A stretch of DNA of 64,000 nt from an uncultured virus (IMG/VR IMGVR_UViG_3300034683_000273) (Duplodnaviria > Heunggongvirae > Uroviricota > Caudoviricetes), in the IMG/VR virus record IMGVR_UViG_3300034683_000273; one strand, written 5' to 3'. Made by a program: the position numbers and the translations under genes. Below the pieces are notes generated by a model. That model ran no database searches. It was not told the origin of the DNA and worked only from the letters and a program-made list of their open reading frames with translations. Shown here in pieces: positions 48,885-59,332 of the stretch. Numbering within the stretch: the first letter of the stretch is position 1; each line of letters opens with the position of its first letter.

Positions 48885-51409
48885 CAGTACAAATCAATAA
48901 ATCGTGTTTCCGTGCTGCCGTCCTCGTATTCAATGACCACCTCAATGCCCACCTGGGCATCATCAGATAACTTTTCCAGATCTTCCGAGGCAATTTGCGC
49001 CGACAGTGTATAACTGCTGCGATTGGACGGATATACGGTCTGTGCGAGGCTTAATGTCATACCCTCTACACCCACAGCCTTAAAGGATGCCGTGCCGGAT
49101 GCACCGTTTTCTCCGTCAGCCTCAAAGCCGGAACTAACCCAATAAGCAAGACCGTCATCGGCACGAGAGTTGCGGAGGTGGTTGAATGGCACAAGTTCAC
49201 GGATATCGTTGTTAGACACCATGCCTGTACCTTCCAATGCATCGGCAATGGTATCAATGGAACTGACCGAACTTCCAAGGTTCTTCAGCGTGGTGGAAAG
49301 TTCCAACACCGTGTTCCAAGGCTCCTGCAGATTGTATTCACGGCGCACGATACGGGTGGTAACGGAGAGCCCCAAATCCTTATCTTCCACACGGACATAA
49401 TCACCCAAGTTCCAAGCCTCATGCTCATAACCTGTCAGAACAGACAAGTCCATCGCATTCAGCACATAGGAAACAGAAGGCTTGCAGTATTCCGCAAGGC
49501 GCATAGCCGTGTATTCCTTCATCTGATAGGGATTGGTAAAGGAAGAACAGTCCAAAGTGGTAATGCGCACTTCCTTGGAATAAGTGAAATCCTCAAGATA
49601 TGGTTTGCCGCCGTTGATATCGGCAAAGGTCATGCCGTTGGCACCCGTGGCATAAAGCCTTGTTACAAGGGAGCGGGTATCCACCACACGCTCGATGCTT
49701 TTCATGTTCTTCTTGTAGGCAAACAAGGCACCGCTGTCCTTGCCGTTTACCGTAAGCAGATGCACCAGTCGGTTCGGACAGTCAAATACAAGGTCGCCAC
49801 CGTGGAGATTGGCAATGCTACGAAGAATGGAAAGAGCGTTCTTTTCCGTGGAAGTCCATGTACGCTTTGAGGTCACATTGACTGTTCCAACACTCCACTC
49901 GGTATCAGCCAGGGCATAAGCCATAGCCACATCCGCTGTTTCCGCATCAAACTTCTTTTCTTCCTTACGGACAGAAAAGGTCAAATCATAGAATTCTGCC
50001 TCGGCATAAATCTGCGTGACCGTGTTTCCGGTGCTGTCCTTCACATCGGTGATGGTACGCACCTTATACACATCATCCACGATCTGGATTTTCTTTTCGT
50101 TTTCCAGATATTTTCGCTTGCTGTCACGGAACGGAATGGAGAAAGTCAGGGTGTCTTCACCATTGATTTCGCCCGTAACGATGATGTCGTAAGCATTCTC
50201 CAAAATGGCCTCCCATGCACCGTTATCATCAAGCACCACAGGACGGGCATAGCCGATTTTCTCATAAGGCGCTTTCGGAATATCATACAGGCGGATATCA
50301 ATAAGTTTCGGTGTTTTGCTTGTATCCGTTGTAGTCAGTGTTACCTTGAAACGGATATAGTTTCTGTTCGGAGATTGCAGCTTGCCGTCCGTTCCAACAG
50401 CAACCCAATCACTCCAATCGGAAAGGTCATCACTGGTGGAAGTTTCCACCGAGGCGATTGCCGTTGTACCTGCGATATACTCGCTTGTATAGGACACCTT
50501 GCCTGTACCTGACAGACTGCATTCTGCTGCCTTGGTATAAAGCACACCACTTTCAGGATAAACACCGTCCGTTGCTTTCAAGGTCACACCGCTTGCATCG
50601 GTCAGTGCATCCACATCCGAAGAACTGTCTGCACCGTTACAGAGAATGGTGGCATTGAAATAATCCACCAAATCATCTGCCGTAAGCTGTGAATCGCAGT
50701 CCAGAAACCACTCATCAAAACCACCTGCGTAATAATAGGTGTCGGCGTGCATACCGATAACAAGGTCAGCCTTACATTCTGTATTCAGTGTTCCCGTAAA
50801 GGTCAACACATCAGATTTCCAAATCACTCCTGCCGAGCGGTCACCAACCACATAAGTGAACTTCTTTTCATTCGGCTCAATCACACCTGCGATAAAATAC
50901 CACTTGCCATTTTGCAGTGAAAATGTCGGTGTTACGGTCTTGTCAAGGATAAGGCTGCCGGAGGAATTGTAAAGCATAATTCTCGGCTTACCGGAATATA
51001 GGGACAGATAGAAAATCGGCTGCCCCGGACCGTAACGGGTGTTAAATATCGGACAGAAGGTGTTACCCACAGAATAAGTGGTAGGACACATCCAGCCACC
51101 CACAATAATACGCTCACCGAGGTTAGAAAAGATAGTGCCATCATTGGTCACCTGCAGGTGGGTTTTCTCCGTGGTCGGATTATTGATATTAAAACGAATC
51201 TGTCTACCCTTGGGACTGTTGGAAAGATTGGCAGTTGTGCCACTCCAGTTCACAATAGTAAAATTGCGCCCATAACCGGAGGAATCGGCAAGCGACGTAT
51301 CTTCATCCGGTGCAGACTCGTTAAATCGCCACAGACCGGAGGCGGCATACTCCGCAGGAAATTCTCCCGTGAAATCCGTCTGTTTATTCAAAATGATTTT
51401 CAGAGCCAT
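48884..51409 (-). CDS. Tail spike/hub protein with N-terminal LamG-like domain
   Basis: GLWRFNE..GKWYFIA..GGFDE LamG pattern; NGEDTLTF, KNMKSI, VTRLY tail motifs. Confidence 0.8.
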   Translation of the reverse strand: MALKIILNKQTDFTGEFPAEYAASGLWRFNESAPDEDTSLADSSGYGRNFTIVNWSGTTANLSNSPKGRQIRFNINNPTTEKTHLQVTNDGTIFSNLGERIIVGGWMCPTTYSVGNTFCPIFNTRYGPGQPIFYLSLYSGKPRIMLYNSSGSLILDKTVTPTFSLQNGKWYFIAGVIEPNEKKFTYVVGDRSAGVIWKSDVLTFTGTLNTECKADLVIGMHADTYYYAGGFDEWFLDCDSQLTADDLVDYFNATILCNGADSSSDVDALTDASGVTLKATDGVYPESGVLYTKAAECSLSGTGKVSYTSEYIAGTTAIASVETSTSDDLSDWSDWVAVGTDGKLQSPNRNYIRFKVTLTTTDTSKTPKLIDIRLYDIPKAPYEKIGYARPVVLDDNGAWEAILENAYDIIVTGEINGEDTLTFSIPFRDSKRKYLENEKKIQIVDDVYKVRTITDVKDSTGNTVTQIYAEAEFYDLTFSVRKEEKKFDAETADVAMAYALADTEWSVGTVNVTSKRTWTSTEKNALSILRSIANLHGGDLVFDCPNRLVHLLTVNGKDSGALFAYKKNMKSIERVVDTRSLVTRLYATGANGMTFADINGGKPYLEDFTYSKEVRITTLDCSSFTNPYQMKEYTAMRLAEYCKPSVSYVLNAMDLSVLTGYEHEAWNLGDYVRVEDKDLGLSVTTRIVRREYNLQEPWNTVLELSTTLKNLGSSVSSIDTIADALEGTGMVSNNDIRELVPFNHLRNSRADDGLAYWVSSGFEADGENGASGTASFKAVGVEGMTLSLAQTVYPSNRSSYTLSAQIASEDLEKLSDDAQVGIEVVIEYEDGSTETRFIDLY

Positions 51410-51413
51410 GCCG

Positions 51414-52190
51414 TCACCTCCATCTGCTTTTCGCTTGAATTTGTAATTCCGTCAGTGTGGAATTGTTTACTTCCACCGTGACGGTATTCTCTCCGACAGC
51501 AAGGGTCGGAAAGTTCAGTTCCTGTAAATACGGCAGACCGTTTCGCAGAGTCTCACCGTTTTCATCCACCACATAAGCTGTCATTTTATCCGTATCCACA
51601 ACAAGGGTTTCTCCTTCGGAGAGGGTTGCGTTTACGATTTTCAGTTCCGAGCCGTTGGTGGTAATGCTGATATAGTTGCTTGCACCTGCTGTTATCACAC
51701 CGCTGATGCGATACACAGGCAAGGACTCGATATTGCCAATAGCACGGCTTACGGTATGGATGCCTTCCTCCGTGATGGAGAAAGTTTCATCCGTAATGGC
51801 ATAGGCAAAAGGGTCAGGACAGAAGAACTTCAAATCAAAAGAGCCTGCCGAGCGGATGAGCCTTTCACAGTCCACCGCATCGTTCAGTCTCGCCATGAAA
51901 TATCTGTCCGGCACATCCTCAAAAATAAGCTGGCGTAACCCCTGCACAGGGTCAAGCCACGCTGCAATGTCATCCAAGGCGGATACCAATGTCGTAAAAT
52001 TCGCCTTGGGGTAAATGTTGCAGTGGACATTGATTTCACGGTAATCGAAGTCTGCACCGAAATCTGCAACACCGTATTTGCCAGGCACGGTGGTGGTAAA
52101 ATTACGCATCTTACCACACACCTGCCAGGAAGTCAGGCGGGCTTTGATGCCCATGCTGCCCGATGTAATGTCATTAAAAATAAAACCCAT
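51414..52190 (-). CDS. Distal tail protein Dit
   Basis: LIFED.PDRYF.A, F.C.DPFAY, FPTL..GEN. Confidence 0.85.
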   Translation of the reverse strand: MGFIFNDITSGSMGIKARLTSWQVCGKMRNFTTTVPGKYGVADFGADFDYREINVHCNIYPKANFTTLVSALDDIAAWLDPVQGLRQLIFEDVPDRYFMARLNDAVDCERLIRSAGSFDLKFFCPDPFAYAITDETFSITEEGIHTVSRAIGNIESLPVYRISGVITAGASNYISITTNGSELKIVNATLSEGETLVVDTDKMTAYVVDENGETLRNGLPYLQELNFPTLAVGENTVTVEVNNSTLTELQIQAKSRWR

Positions 52191-52206
52191 AGGTCAAAAC
52201 CCTCCT

Positions 52207-54762
52207 TTATGCTGTAGTGAAGTGACCCTGCGCACGGGAGCCACTCTGAATCAAGTTGTAAAGTTCCTGGGAAATCTTGCGTATATCCTCTTCACTGCGG
52301 ACAATCATCTGCTGAATGGTAATTAGCGCACCGCCGCCGAATCCTGTGCCGGAAATCGTATCATTACGATTTACCGTTCCATTCACGCTAAAGTCCGTAG
52401 GAAGTGCCGTGGTCATATCATCTGCAAGGCTGTGCATTACATCGTTGATGTCCTTGCTCATACCTTCAGCGGCAGCAACCGCATCTTTACCATTGGTATT
52501 GATGGAGCCTGCCAGACCTTCCACAAGCATTTCACCAATCCACGCCATTTCATCCGAAGGCGAATGGATACCGAAGAAGTCGCAAATACCGTCCCAAATG
52601 GACGATATCCAAGAGGACACCTTATTCCAAAGCCAGGATGCCAGGGACTGGATACCTTGCCACAAGCCACGGACGAGGTTTGCGCCCACGCTTGCAAGCT
52701 GTGATACACCCTTACCGAAAGCATTTACTAAACCGGAAAGAATCTGCGGTACGGCTTTTACGATTTCCACGATAATGGTCGGCAGGTTCTTTATCAGAGA
52801 AATAAAGAGCGTTACACCTGCCTGTACGATTTGCGGTATGCTGTTAATCAGTGCATTTACCACAGAACCGATGATTTCCGGGATGGCTGCCACAATGGTT
52901 GTGATGATTTCCGGCAGTGCCTGAATGAGTGCCACAAGCAAATCAATGCCCGCCTGGATAATTTGAGGAATAGACCCAAGTACCGCTGTGATAATGCCCT
53001 CGATAATCTGTGGGATTGCCTCCACGATTGCCACGATGATTTCCGGCAACGCAGATACAAGCGAGGTCAAAAGCTGAATGCCTGCATCGATAATCTGCGG
53101 AATCGCACCAATGACAAATTCCACGATGGCAAGGATGATGGAAGGTAATGCCTCAATCAATACCGGAATTGCATCAAGCAGGCCCTGTGCAAGACCCATA
53201 ATCAACTGCAATGCTGCGTCCAAAATCATCGGCAGGCTGTCAATCAGACTCTGCACAATGGTAATGACCGCTTGCACTGCTGTAGGAATCAGCGTAGGAA
53301 GTGCCTCGCCGATACCCTGTACCAAAGACATCACAATCTGAATGGCTGCGTCAATGAGCAACGGCAGATTTTCAATCAGCGTATTTACAATGGTCATCAG
53401 TGCATCGATTACCACGGGGATAAGTTCCGGCAGCATGGTAAGTATGGTGTTCAGCACCTGCGAAAACAGGTCAACCACGGTATCCAAAAGTGTCGGAAGA
53501 AGTTCTCCCACCGTTGCAAGCAGGGCGTTTAGAGCAGTAGGCAGTGCTGCTATGATGTTTTCAATCACGGGAGTGATGTTGGTCAGCACATCCTGGAACG
53601 CATCCACTACATTGTTGCAGAGCATTTCAATGTCTGCGTCAGCATTACCGAAACCTACGATAAGGTTATCGATGGCGGCCTTCATGGAGTTCAAAGAACC
53701 CTCAATGGTGTGTTCCGCCTCGGCTGCCGTTGCACCTGCCACACCCATGCTCTCTTGAATCACATGGATGGCAGAAACCACATCGGCATAGGAACTGATG
53801 TCATACTCAATGCCGGAAATCGCCTGTGCATCGGCAAGCAGACGTTCCATTTCGGTCTTGGTGCCGCCGTAGCCGAGTTTCAAGTTGTCCAGCATTGTAT
53901 AGTTCTGCTTGGCGAATCCCTGGTATGCGTTCTGGATGAGTCCGATGTCCGTACCCATCTTATTGGCGTTATCCGCCATATCGGTAATGGCCATATCCGC
54001 ATACTTTACTGCCGCCTCGGTATCTCCTCCAAGGGAAGAAATAAGGGAGGCAGAAAACGATGTGACCGTGGACATATAGTCGTTTGCCGACATACCCGCC
54101 GTCTTATAGGCGTTATTTGCATATTCCTGCAGTGCAGCGGAGGAATCCTTAAACAGCGTATCGACACCGCCGACCAACTGCTCATATTCCGCATAGGATT
54201 CAACTACTGCCTTACCAAGGGAAACTGCGGCGGCAGCGGCAGCCGTGACCACCGCTCCCATTGCCACACCAACACCTTTTAGAACAGAACCGAGGCTTTC
54301 AAATTTACCCTTGTTCTTTTCAGCGGAATCTCCTGCATCGTCCAGTTCCTCACTCATATCGTCGGCACTGTCAATAACATCATCCATTTCACGCTCGGCA
54401 TCATCAAGTGCAGCATTGTTGCGGTCAAGTTCACGCTCCATATCGTTGAGCGCCGCCGTAGCATTGTTAAGCTGAATCTGCCACTGCTGAGTCCTTCGGT
54501 CGTTTTCTCCGAAAGACTCAGAGGCATTGGCAAGGGCAGAACGAAGGGTTTCGATTTTCTGCTTCTGTGCCTCGATTTCCTTATTCAGCACCTGGTTTCT
54601 TGCCGTGAGTGCTTCCACGGAACTGTCGTTTTTATCAAACTGCGACTGCACCACTTTCATTTCCGAGCCGAGAACCTTGAAGGACTGATTGATTTCGGAC
54701 AGTGCCTTCTTGAATTCTTTCTCGCCCTCAAGGCCGATTTTTAAGCCAAAATCATCTGCCAC
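52207..54762 (-). CDS. Tail tape measure protein
   Basis: GLEGEKEFK start, periodic Ile/Leu-Pro repeats, GIHSPS. Confidence 0.9.
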   Translation of the reverse strand: MADDFGLKIGLEGEKEFKKALSEINQSFKVLGSEMKVVQSQFDKNDSSVEALTARNQVLNKEIEAQKQKIETLRSALANASESFGENDRRTQQWQIQLNNATAALNDMERELDRNNAALDDAEREMDDVIDSADDMSEELDDAGDSAEKNKGKFESLGSVLKGVGVAMGAVVTAAAAAAVSLGKAVVESYAEYEQLVGGVDTLFKDSSAALQEYANNAYKTAGMSANDYMSTVTSFSASLISSLGGDTEAAVKYADMAITDMADNANKMGTDIGLIQNAYQGFAKQNYTMLDNLKLGYGGTKTEMERLLADAQAISGIEYDISSYADVVSAIHVIQESMGVAGATAAEAEHTIEGSLNSMKAAIDNLIVGFGNADADIEMLCNNVVDAFQDVLTNITPVIENIIAALPTALNALLATVGELLPTLLDTVVDLFSQVLNTILTMLPELIPVVIDALMTIVNTLIENLPLLIDAAIQIVMSLVQGIGEALPTLIPTAVQAVITIVQSLIDSLPMILDAALQLIMGLAQGLLDAIPVLIEALPSIILAIVEFVIGAIPQIIDAGIQLLTSLVSALPEIIVAIVEAIPQIIEGIITAVLGSIPQIIQAGIDLLVALIQALPEIITTIVAAIPEIIGSVVNALINSIPQIVQAGVTLFISLIKNLPTIIVEIVKAVPQILSGLVNAFGKGVSQLASVGANLVRGLWQGIQSLASWLWNKVSSWISSIWDGICDFFGIHSPSDEMAWIGEMLVEGLAGSINTNGKDAVAAAEGMSKDINDVMHSLADDMTTALPTDFSVNGTVNRNDTISGTGFGGGALITIQQMIVRSEEDIRKISQELYNLIQSGSRAQGHFTTA

Positions 54763-54780
54763 TTCAAACCACCTCCTTCA

Positions 54781-54990
54781 TCAGATTCCGGCAGGAATAA
54801 TGTCATCAATGAAATATTCCCTCGCAGGCTTTGCAAGCCCGTTATACTGTTTATGGCACTCCCATAAATCCAGGAGCAAACCAAACGGCATCAGCCACAC
54901 CTCATCCTGTGTCAGATGGAGATGGGCGATGCCGTAATATAAAAGTCGAGTAAATAACTCATCGTCACTTACTCGACCGCCACGTTTTTT
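54781..54990 (-). other. -1 frameshift extension of tail chaperone (gpGT-like)
   Basis: A AAA AAC slippery site at 54984-54990; -1 frame open to TGA at 54781 (..FTRLLYYG..LLDLWECHKQ..). Confidence 0.75.
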
Positions 54991-55352
54991 GAGTCAGCCT
55001 CGCTGACCACATTTCGCTTGGTGCCCTTATACAAAGCCTCGGTAATGGCAGATTTGTAATCAGCCAGATCCAAAGGTGTGGTCAAAAGTTCCACCGTCTC
55101 CTCTGTAAGGACATCCTTCTTGTTTTCCTTGTTCTTCAGATTGTGGACAAGGATGGACTGATTGGCAAGCAGGGTAATCAGCCACACAATTTCGCCGATA
55201 GCCATCTCGAAGTTTTCGGACTTCATCAGCTTATCGCCAAGGTTCTCAAGACCGCCGTAGCGTCCTGCGATTTCCTTTGTTGCCTTGGTAGTGAGTAGCA
55301 AAGTATACTCGTCACCGCCGATATTGATAATTGCAGAGCGTTCTTTATCCAT
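54969..55352 (-). CDS. Tail assembly chaperone
   Basis: Between major tail and tape measure; slippery site at 3' end. Confidence 0.8.
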   Translation of the reverse strand: MDKERSAIINIGGDEYTLLLTTKATKEIAGRYGGLENLGDKLMKSENFEMAIGEIVWLITLLANQSILVHNLKNKENKKDVLTEETVELLTTPLDLADYKSAITEALYKGTKRNVVSEADSKNVAVE

Positions 55353-55366
55353 GTGTCAAATCCTCC

Positions 55367-55963
55367 TTATTCCGCAGCCTCGGTAGCATAGGAAGGCTCA
55401 TATACTTCCTGATACCAGTTTGTGATGATATCCGCTGCAACAGCAGAATCGCCCTCGGTAACCTCTGCCTTCCAAGGATGCTTGTTCTGACCGTCCACTT
55501 TGTTACGGCGCAGAATCGTACCCTCGATGGTAGGTGTACTGAAAGTAATGCTGTCACCCTTGGTAGCAAGGTTCGTGGCAGGGATACCGAACTTCACACG
55601 GTAAAGCCAGTAATACTTGTACTTGCCGTTGGCTTTCTTTGCACGGAAACCCACAGCCACAGGCTCGCCGCCATCTTCACTTGTGGACACCACTACACCG
55701 TTGGCGTCGATGGTCGCACCCGTAAGGTCGGATGCGGTAGAGGCACCGATATCATCCACACCCAAAGAAAGAGTGCCGGACTTGAATTCCTTGACGATTT
55801 CAGATGCACCGTCATCGGCATAAAGAGTTGCCTCCGCAAGTTCCACGGAGAGGTCGGCGGTCATCGCCTTTGCCATCTGCACCGGAGAAGCGTAGGTTTC
55901 ATTGCCGTTTTCGTCTTCGGTGATTTTGGCATAATACAGTTTGTCAAGACCAATAGTAGCCAT
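55367..55963 (-). CDS. Major tail protein (phi13 family)
   Basis: ATIGLDKLYYA..LYADDG. Confidence 0.9.
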   Translation of the reverse strand: MATIGLDKLYYAKITEDENGNETYASPVQMAKAMTADLSVELAEATLYADDGASEIVKEFKSGTLSLGVDDIGASTASDLTGATIDANGVVVSTSEDGGEPVAVGFRAKKANGKYKYYWLYRVKFGIPATNLATKGDSITFSTPTIEGTILRRNKVDGQNKHPWKAEVTEGDSAVAADIITNWYQEVYEPSYATEAAE

Positions 55964-55966
55964 TGA

Positions 55967-56308
55967 TTATTCCTCCATTTCATAATGTTTTGCCACATCC
56001 ACGTTATAATGGAAGTAGCCTGTTTCTGTTTCATAACCGATGTATCTTCGGTCAGTTATGGTAAAATCCATGCCAAGCAAGGCACGGACGATTGCATTTT
56101 TCTCTTTGGTATAACTGCCTTTGGCATACAGGGAAATTCGTGCCTCCTGGATATCACATCCGGGAGTGTTGTCAGCATGAAGTTCAAAGCTGTCTGCCAT
56201 AGGCACTACCACGATATATTTATCCGGAGCCTCGTCATGGAACACTCCTGTTTCCAAAGGAATGCCCAAGGACTCTAAAGCCATATTGATATCTGAAAGT
56301 ACACTCAC
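55967..56308 (-). CDS. Tail terminator
   Basis: Position; GYE.ETGY.H. Confidence 0.7.
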   Translation of the reverse strand: MSVLSDINMALESLGIPLETGVFHDEAPDKYIVVVPMADSFELHADNTPGCDIQEARISLYAKGSYTKEKNAIVRALLGMDFTITDRRYIGYETETGYFHYNVDVAKHYEMEE

Positions 56309-56736
56309 AGCTTTCTGACCTCCTCTTCAAATTTATCCTGCATGGCACTGATACAGGCAGCACGGGATGCCGTTTTTGCAGGTTTCATAAAAGGTTTGGC
56401 AGGCTGACCGTGTTTGCCATATTCGATGATGTTGGCCAGTTTCGCATTGCTGATACCATCCCCACGGGGTTCTGCAAAGCCAACCTTGATGTTGTGGTTG
56501 CCGTTTTTGTCCATCTTTACAGAGGACAGACCAAGCGCCGACTCCAATTCTCCTGTGGATCGGGATTCGTACTTTGTACCGTTACCCACCACGGAGGACA
56601 GGTTGCTCTGCGCCTTGGCAAGAACTATCTCGCCTCCGGCTTCCAGTACCTTTTCGGCAACGGGGTCAAAATCAGAACCAAGCCTTGAGATACGTTGCAA
56701 AAACTCCTCCGGCATTTTGATATCCACTTTAGCCAC
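56305..56736 (-). CDS. HK97 gp10-like tail completion protein
   Basis: STGEL..EYG...QPAKPFMKPA. Confidence 0.85.
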   Translation of the reverse strand: MAKVDIKMPEEFLQRISRLGSDFDPVAEKVLEAGGEIVLAKAQSNLSSVVGNGTKYESRSTGELESALGLSSVKMDKNGNHNIKVGFAEPRGDGISNAKLANIIEYGKHGQPAKPFMKPAKTASRAACISAMQDKFEEEVRKL

Positions 56737-57064
56737 TTGTTGCCACCACCTTTTTCGCAAGCACCTCCGTATACATTCCACGCCCCTTTACATCCTCCAC
56801 GGACGTGATTTCAAAACTGCCGTCCTCACACACCAAAATGTGGTCGGTTGTTACGGTAAGACCGGGTATGATACGAAAGCGGAACAGGTCAGTCGCCTCG
56901 GAGAATGCAGCGAGGTTTGCCCATCGTTCACTTCCGTGGCGTCCTTCTCTGTATACACGGACAGAGGCGAGGATTTCATTCGCCGTTGTGGAGAAACCCT
57001 CGCTGTCCTTGATGCGTTTTGTGATGACAATATCAGCAAAGCCGTTCATTTTTCCGAAACTCAT
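56729..57064 (-). CDS. Head closure protein
   Basis: D.EGF..FRFR..SVEDVKGRGMY.EV. Confidence 0.8.
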   Translation of the reverse strand: MSFGKMNGFADIVITKRIKDSEGFSTTANEILASVRVYREGRHGSERWANLAAFSEATDLFRFRIIPGLTVTTDHILVCEDGSFEITSVEDVKGRGMYTEVLAKKVVATSG

Positions 57065-57065
57065 G

Positions 57066-57386
57066 TCACACCTTCCAATCTCGGTCGAGCCTTAACAGAA
57101 GGTTGACCGTGTTCCATACCTGCTGACCTGCCTGCACATTGTCGGCAAAGAATCCGCCCGTAGAACCGTCCCTTGACTCATAGAAATGCGATGCCAACAT
57201 AATCACGGCTTGTTCCGTGGTTGCAGGCATCGCATTTTCTGTATAATATCCTGCCTCAATGTGCTGATAACTTTCCGCATAGGAAACGGCGGCAGTGATG
57301 AACCTTTCAATCAGTCCATCATCCACCGAATGCTCCAGTATCAGATTTTCCTTAACTTTCGTAAGAAGTTCGCTCATCACTGCCAC
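57066..57386 (-). CDS. Head-tail connector (gp6-like)
   Basis: VKENL..DD.LI..QAVIMLASHFYESR. Confidence 0.9.
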   Translation of the reverse strand: MAVMSELLTKVKENLILEHSVDDGLIERFITAAVSYAESYQHIEAGYYTENAMPATTEQAVIMLASHFYESRDGSTGGFFADNVQAGQQVWNTVNLLLRLDRDWKV

Positions 57387-57394
57387 CTCCCATC

Positions 57395-58597
57395 TTAGGC
57401 AGTAGCCATAGTGAGCAGTTTTACTGCTTCAGCAAGTACCAGCTTGCCGTCCACACGCTCCTTGGCAACAAAGCCGACCATACCGTTTCCGGCGAAGAGT
57501 TCCTTGAGTTCCGCAAAGGAACGGGTACCACGGTCACCGATGTTGTAGTAGCTGTAGTCACCGAAGGCAATAGCAGGCATACCTGCAGTGATGACAGGGA
57601 AATAAGGGGAAGTGTACACCTCATAACCCAAGAGTCTGCCAGGTTCTCCCGCCTGCACGGAATCCTGCCAAAGGTAACGGCCGTTCTTGTCAGTCAGCTT
57701 ACGGATGGCTGCCAAAGTCTGGTCGTTGCAGATAAACTTGGCATTCTTACGGTAAGGACGCTTGAGAGAGTACACAAGGTCGATGATTTCATCGGAAGTG
57801 ATTTCTGTTGCAGATGCAGCAGTCACACCGATTTCAGCACCACCTTCGGTAGCAAGCAGACCCAAAGGCTGACCCGTGCCGGTACCGTTGAGGAAGGCAT
57901 CCTCTTCGGCATTTGCCAGAGCCTTAGAGAACTGACGGATGATGTAATTCTCAAGACCGAAGGCGTTGTCATACAGAAGTTCCTCGGTTACCTTAACGGC
58001 AACATGGAGTTTGTGGGCATCCAGGTTGATCTGGGCGAACTTCGCATCACCCCAGGTGAGTTCCTCGCCCTCGTCAATCCATGCAGCCGCAGGCTTGGTG
58101 GCAGCGATGTTGATTTTACGCTCACCGCTTGTAGTGATGGTGTGACCCAGCTTACGGAAGATGTTCTCTTCCTCCAATGCCTCAATCAGGCGGGAATCAT
58201 ACTCTTCGGGTACGAGATAACCACCGTCTGCATCCACGCCCTCCTGGAGAACATTGGATACCTGTCGGAAGTTGGTACGCAGAGCCTTGAGCATACCATC
58301 CTTATAGGCATCGGAAGCACGTCCGGTCTTTTCCTTCTTGCCGTCCATAAGTTTGCCGTTCATAGGCTTTTCAGTGATGGGAGCAGAGGTAGGCTTGGAA
58401 AGCTGGGCATCCATAGCGGACATAGCCTCCATACGCTCAATTTCAGCACCGTAGTCCTGAACCTTCTTCTCCATCTGTGCATAGGTCTTTGCATCCTCAT
58501 CGGAAAGCAGACCGTCCTTGTCGCGCTTGGTTTCCACAAAAGCCTTTGCAGCCTCCCAAGCCTGGTTACGCTTTTCGCGCAGTTCGTTGATAGTCAT
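57395..58597 (-). CDS. Major capsid protein (HK97 fold)
   Basis: GGYLVPEE, ELL.D, G.YLWQ, FGD, RVDG. Confidence 0.95.
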   Translation of the reverse strand: MTINELREKRNQAWEAAKAFVETKRDKDGLLSDEDAKTYAQMEKKVQDYGAEIERMEAMSAMDAQLSKPTSAPITEKPMNGKLMDGKKEKTGRASDAYKDGMLKALRTNFRQVSNVLQEGVDADGGYLVPEEYDSRLIEALEEENIFRKLGHTITTSGERKINIAATKPAAAWIDEGEELTWGDAKFAQINLDAHKLHVAVKVTEELLYDNAFGLENYIIRQFSKALANAEEDAFLNGTGTGQPLGLLATEGGAEIGVTAASATEITSDEIIDLVYSLKRPYRKNAKFICNDQTLAAIRKLTDKNGRYLWQDSVQAGEPGRLLGYEVYTSPYFPVITAGMPAIAFGDYSYYNIGDRGTRSFAELKELFAGNGMVGFVAKERVDGKLVLAEAVKLLTMATA

Positions 58598-58603
58598 AAT
58601 AAA

Positions 58604-59332
58604 TTACCTCCAATTTTTAATAAGATTTAGCCTGTCCATAAGGTCATCGGCTTTGGTTTTTCGGGTTTCTTCGGACTTGATTGCACACTTGGCGGCAACC
58701 TTATCCATAAGGGAATTGACCACATTTGCCTTGGAATAAAGCATAGACACCTGCGGCACTTCCACTTCGTCCGTGGTGGTTCTCTGCATGATTTCATCTG
58801 CAAAGCCAAGTTCCACGGCCTTGTTTGCGTCCATCCATGTTTCAGCGTCCATAAGGTGGGACAGCTTTGTACGGGACAATCCGGTCTTAATCTCATAGGC
58901 ATTGATGATGGAATCCTTGACACTACCGAGCATATCGATGGCTTTCTGCATTTCCGCAGAATCACCGAATGCTACCGTCATAGGATTGTGAATCATCATC
59001 ATGGATACCGGGGACATCAGCACTTTCGTGCCTGCCATCGCAATCACGGATGCTGCGGAGGCAGCGATGCCGTCAATCTTGACCGTGACATTGCCCTTGT
59101 AATCCATCAGCATATTGTAGATCTGGGCTGCCGCCACGCAGTCACCGCCGGGTGAGTTAATCCACACGGTAATGTCACCGGAGCCTGCCATGAGTTCGTC
59201 CTTGAAAAGCTGTGGAGTGACATCATCGTCAAACCAGCTTTCTTCTGCGATTGTTCCGTTCAGAAACAGTGTCCTCGCCTCCGGCATCGTTTCCGTCTGT
59301 GCCTGGTTCTTCCACTTCCAGAACTTCTTCAT
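58604..59332 (-). CDS. ClpP-type prohead protease (start likely MKKFWKW)
   Basis: INSPGG, DGIAASAAS, MIHNP, ETW. Confidence 0.9.
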   Translation of the reverse strand: MKKFWKWKNQAQTETMPEARTLFLNGTIAEESWFDDDVTPQLFKDELMAGSGDITVWINSPGGDCVAAAQIYNMLMDYKGNVTVKIDGIAASAASVIAMAGTKVLMSPVSMMMIHNPMTVAFGDSAEMQKAIDMLGSVKDSIINAYEIKTGLSRTKLSHLMDAETWMDANKAVELGFADEIMQRTTTDEVEVPQVSMLYSKANVVNSLMDKVAAKCAIKSEETRKTKADDLMDRLNLIKNWR

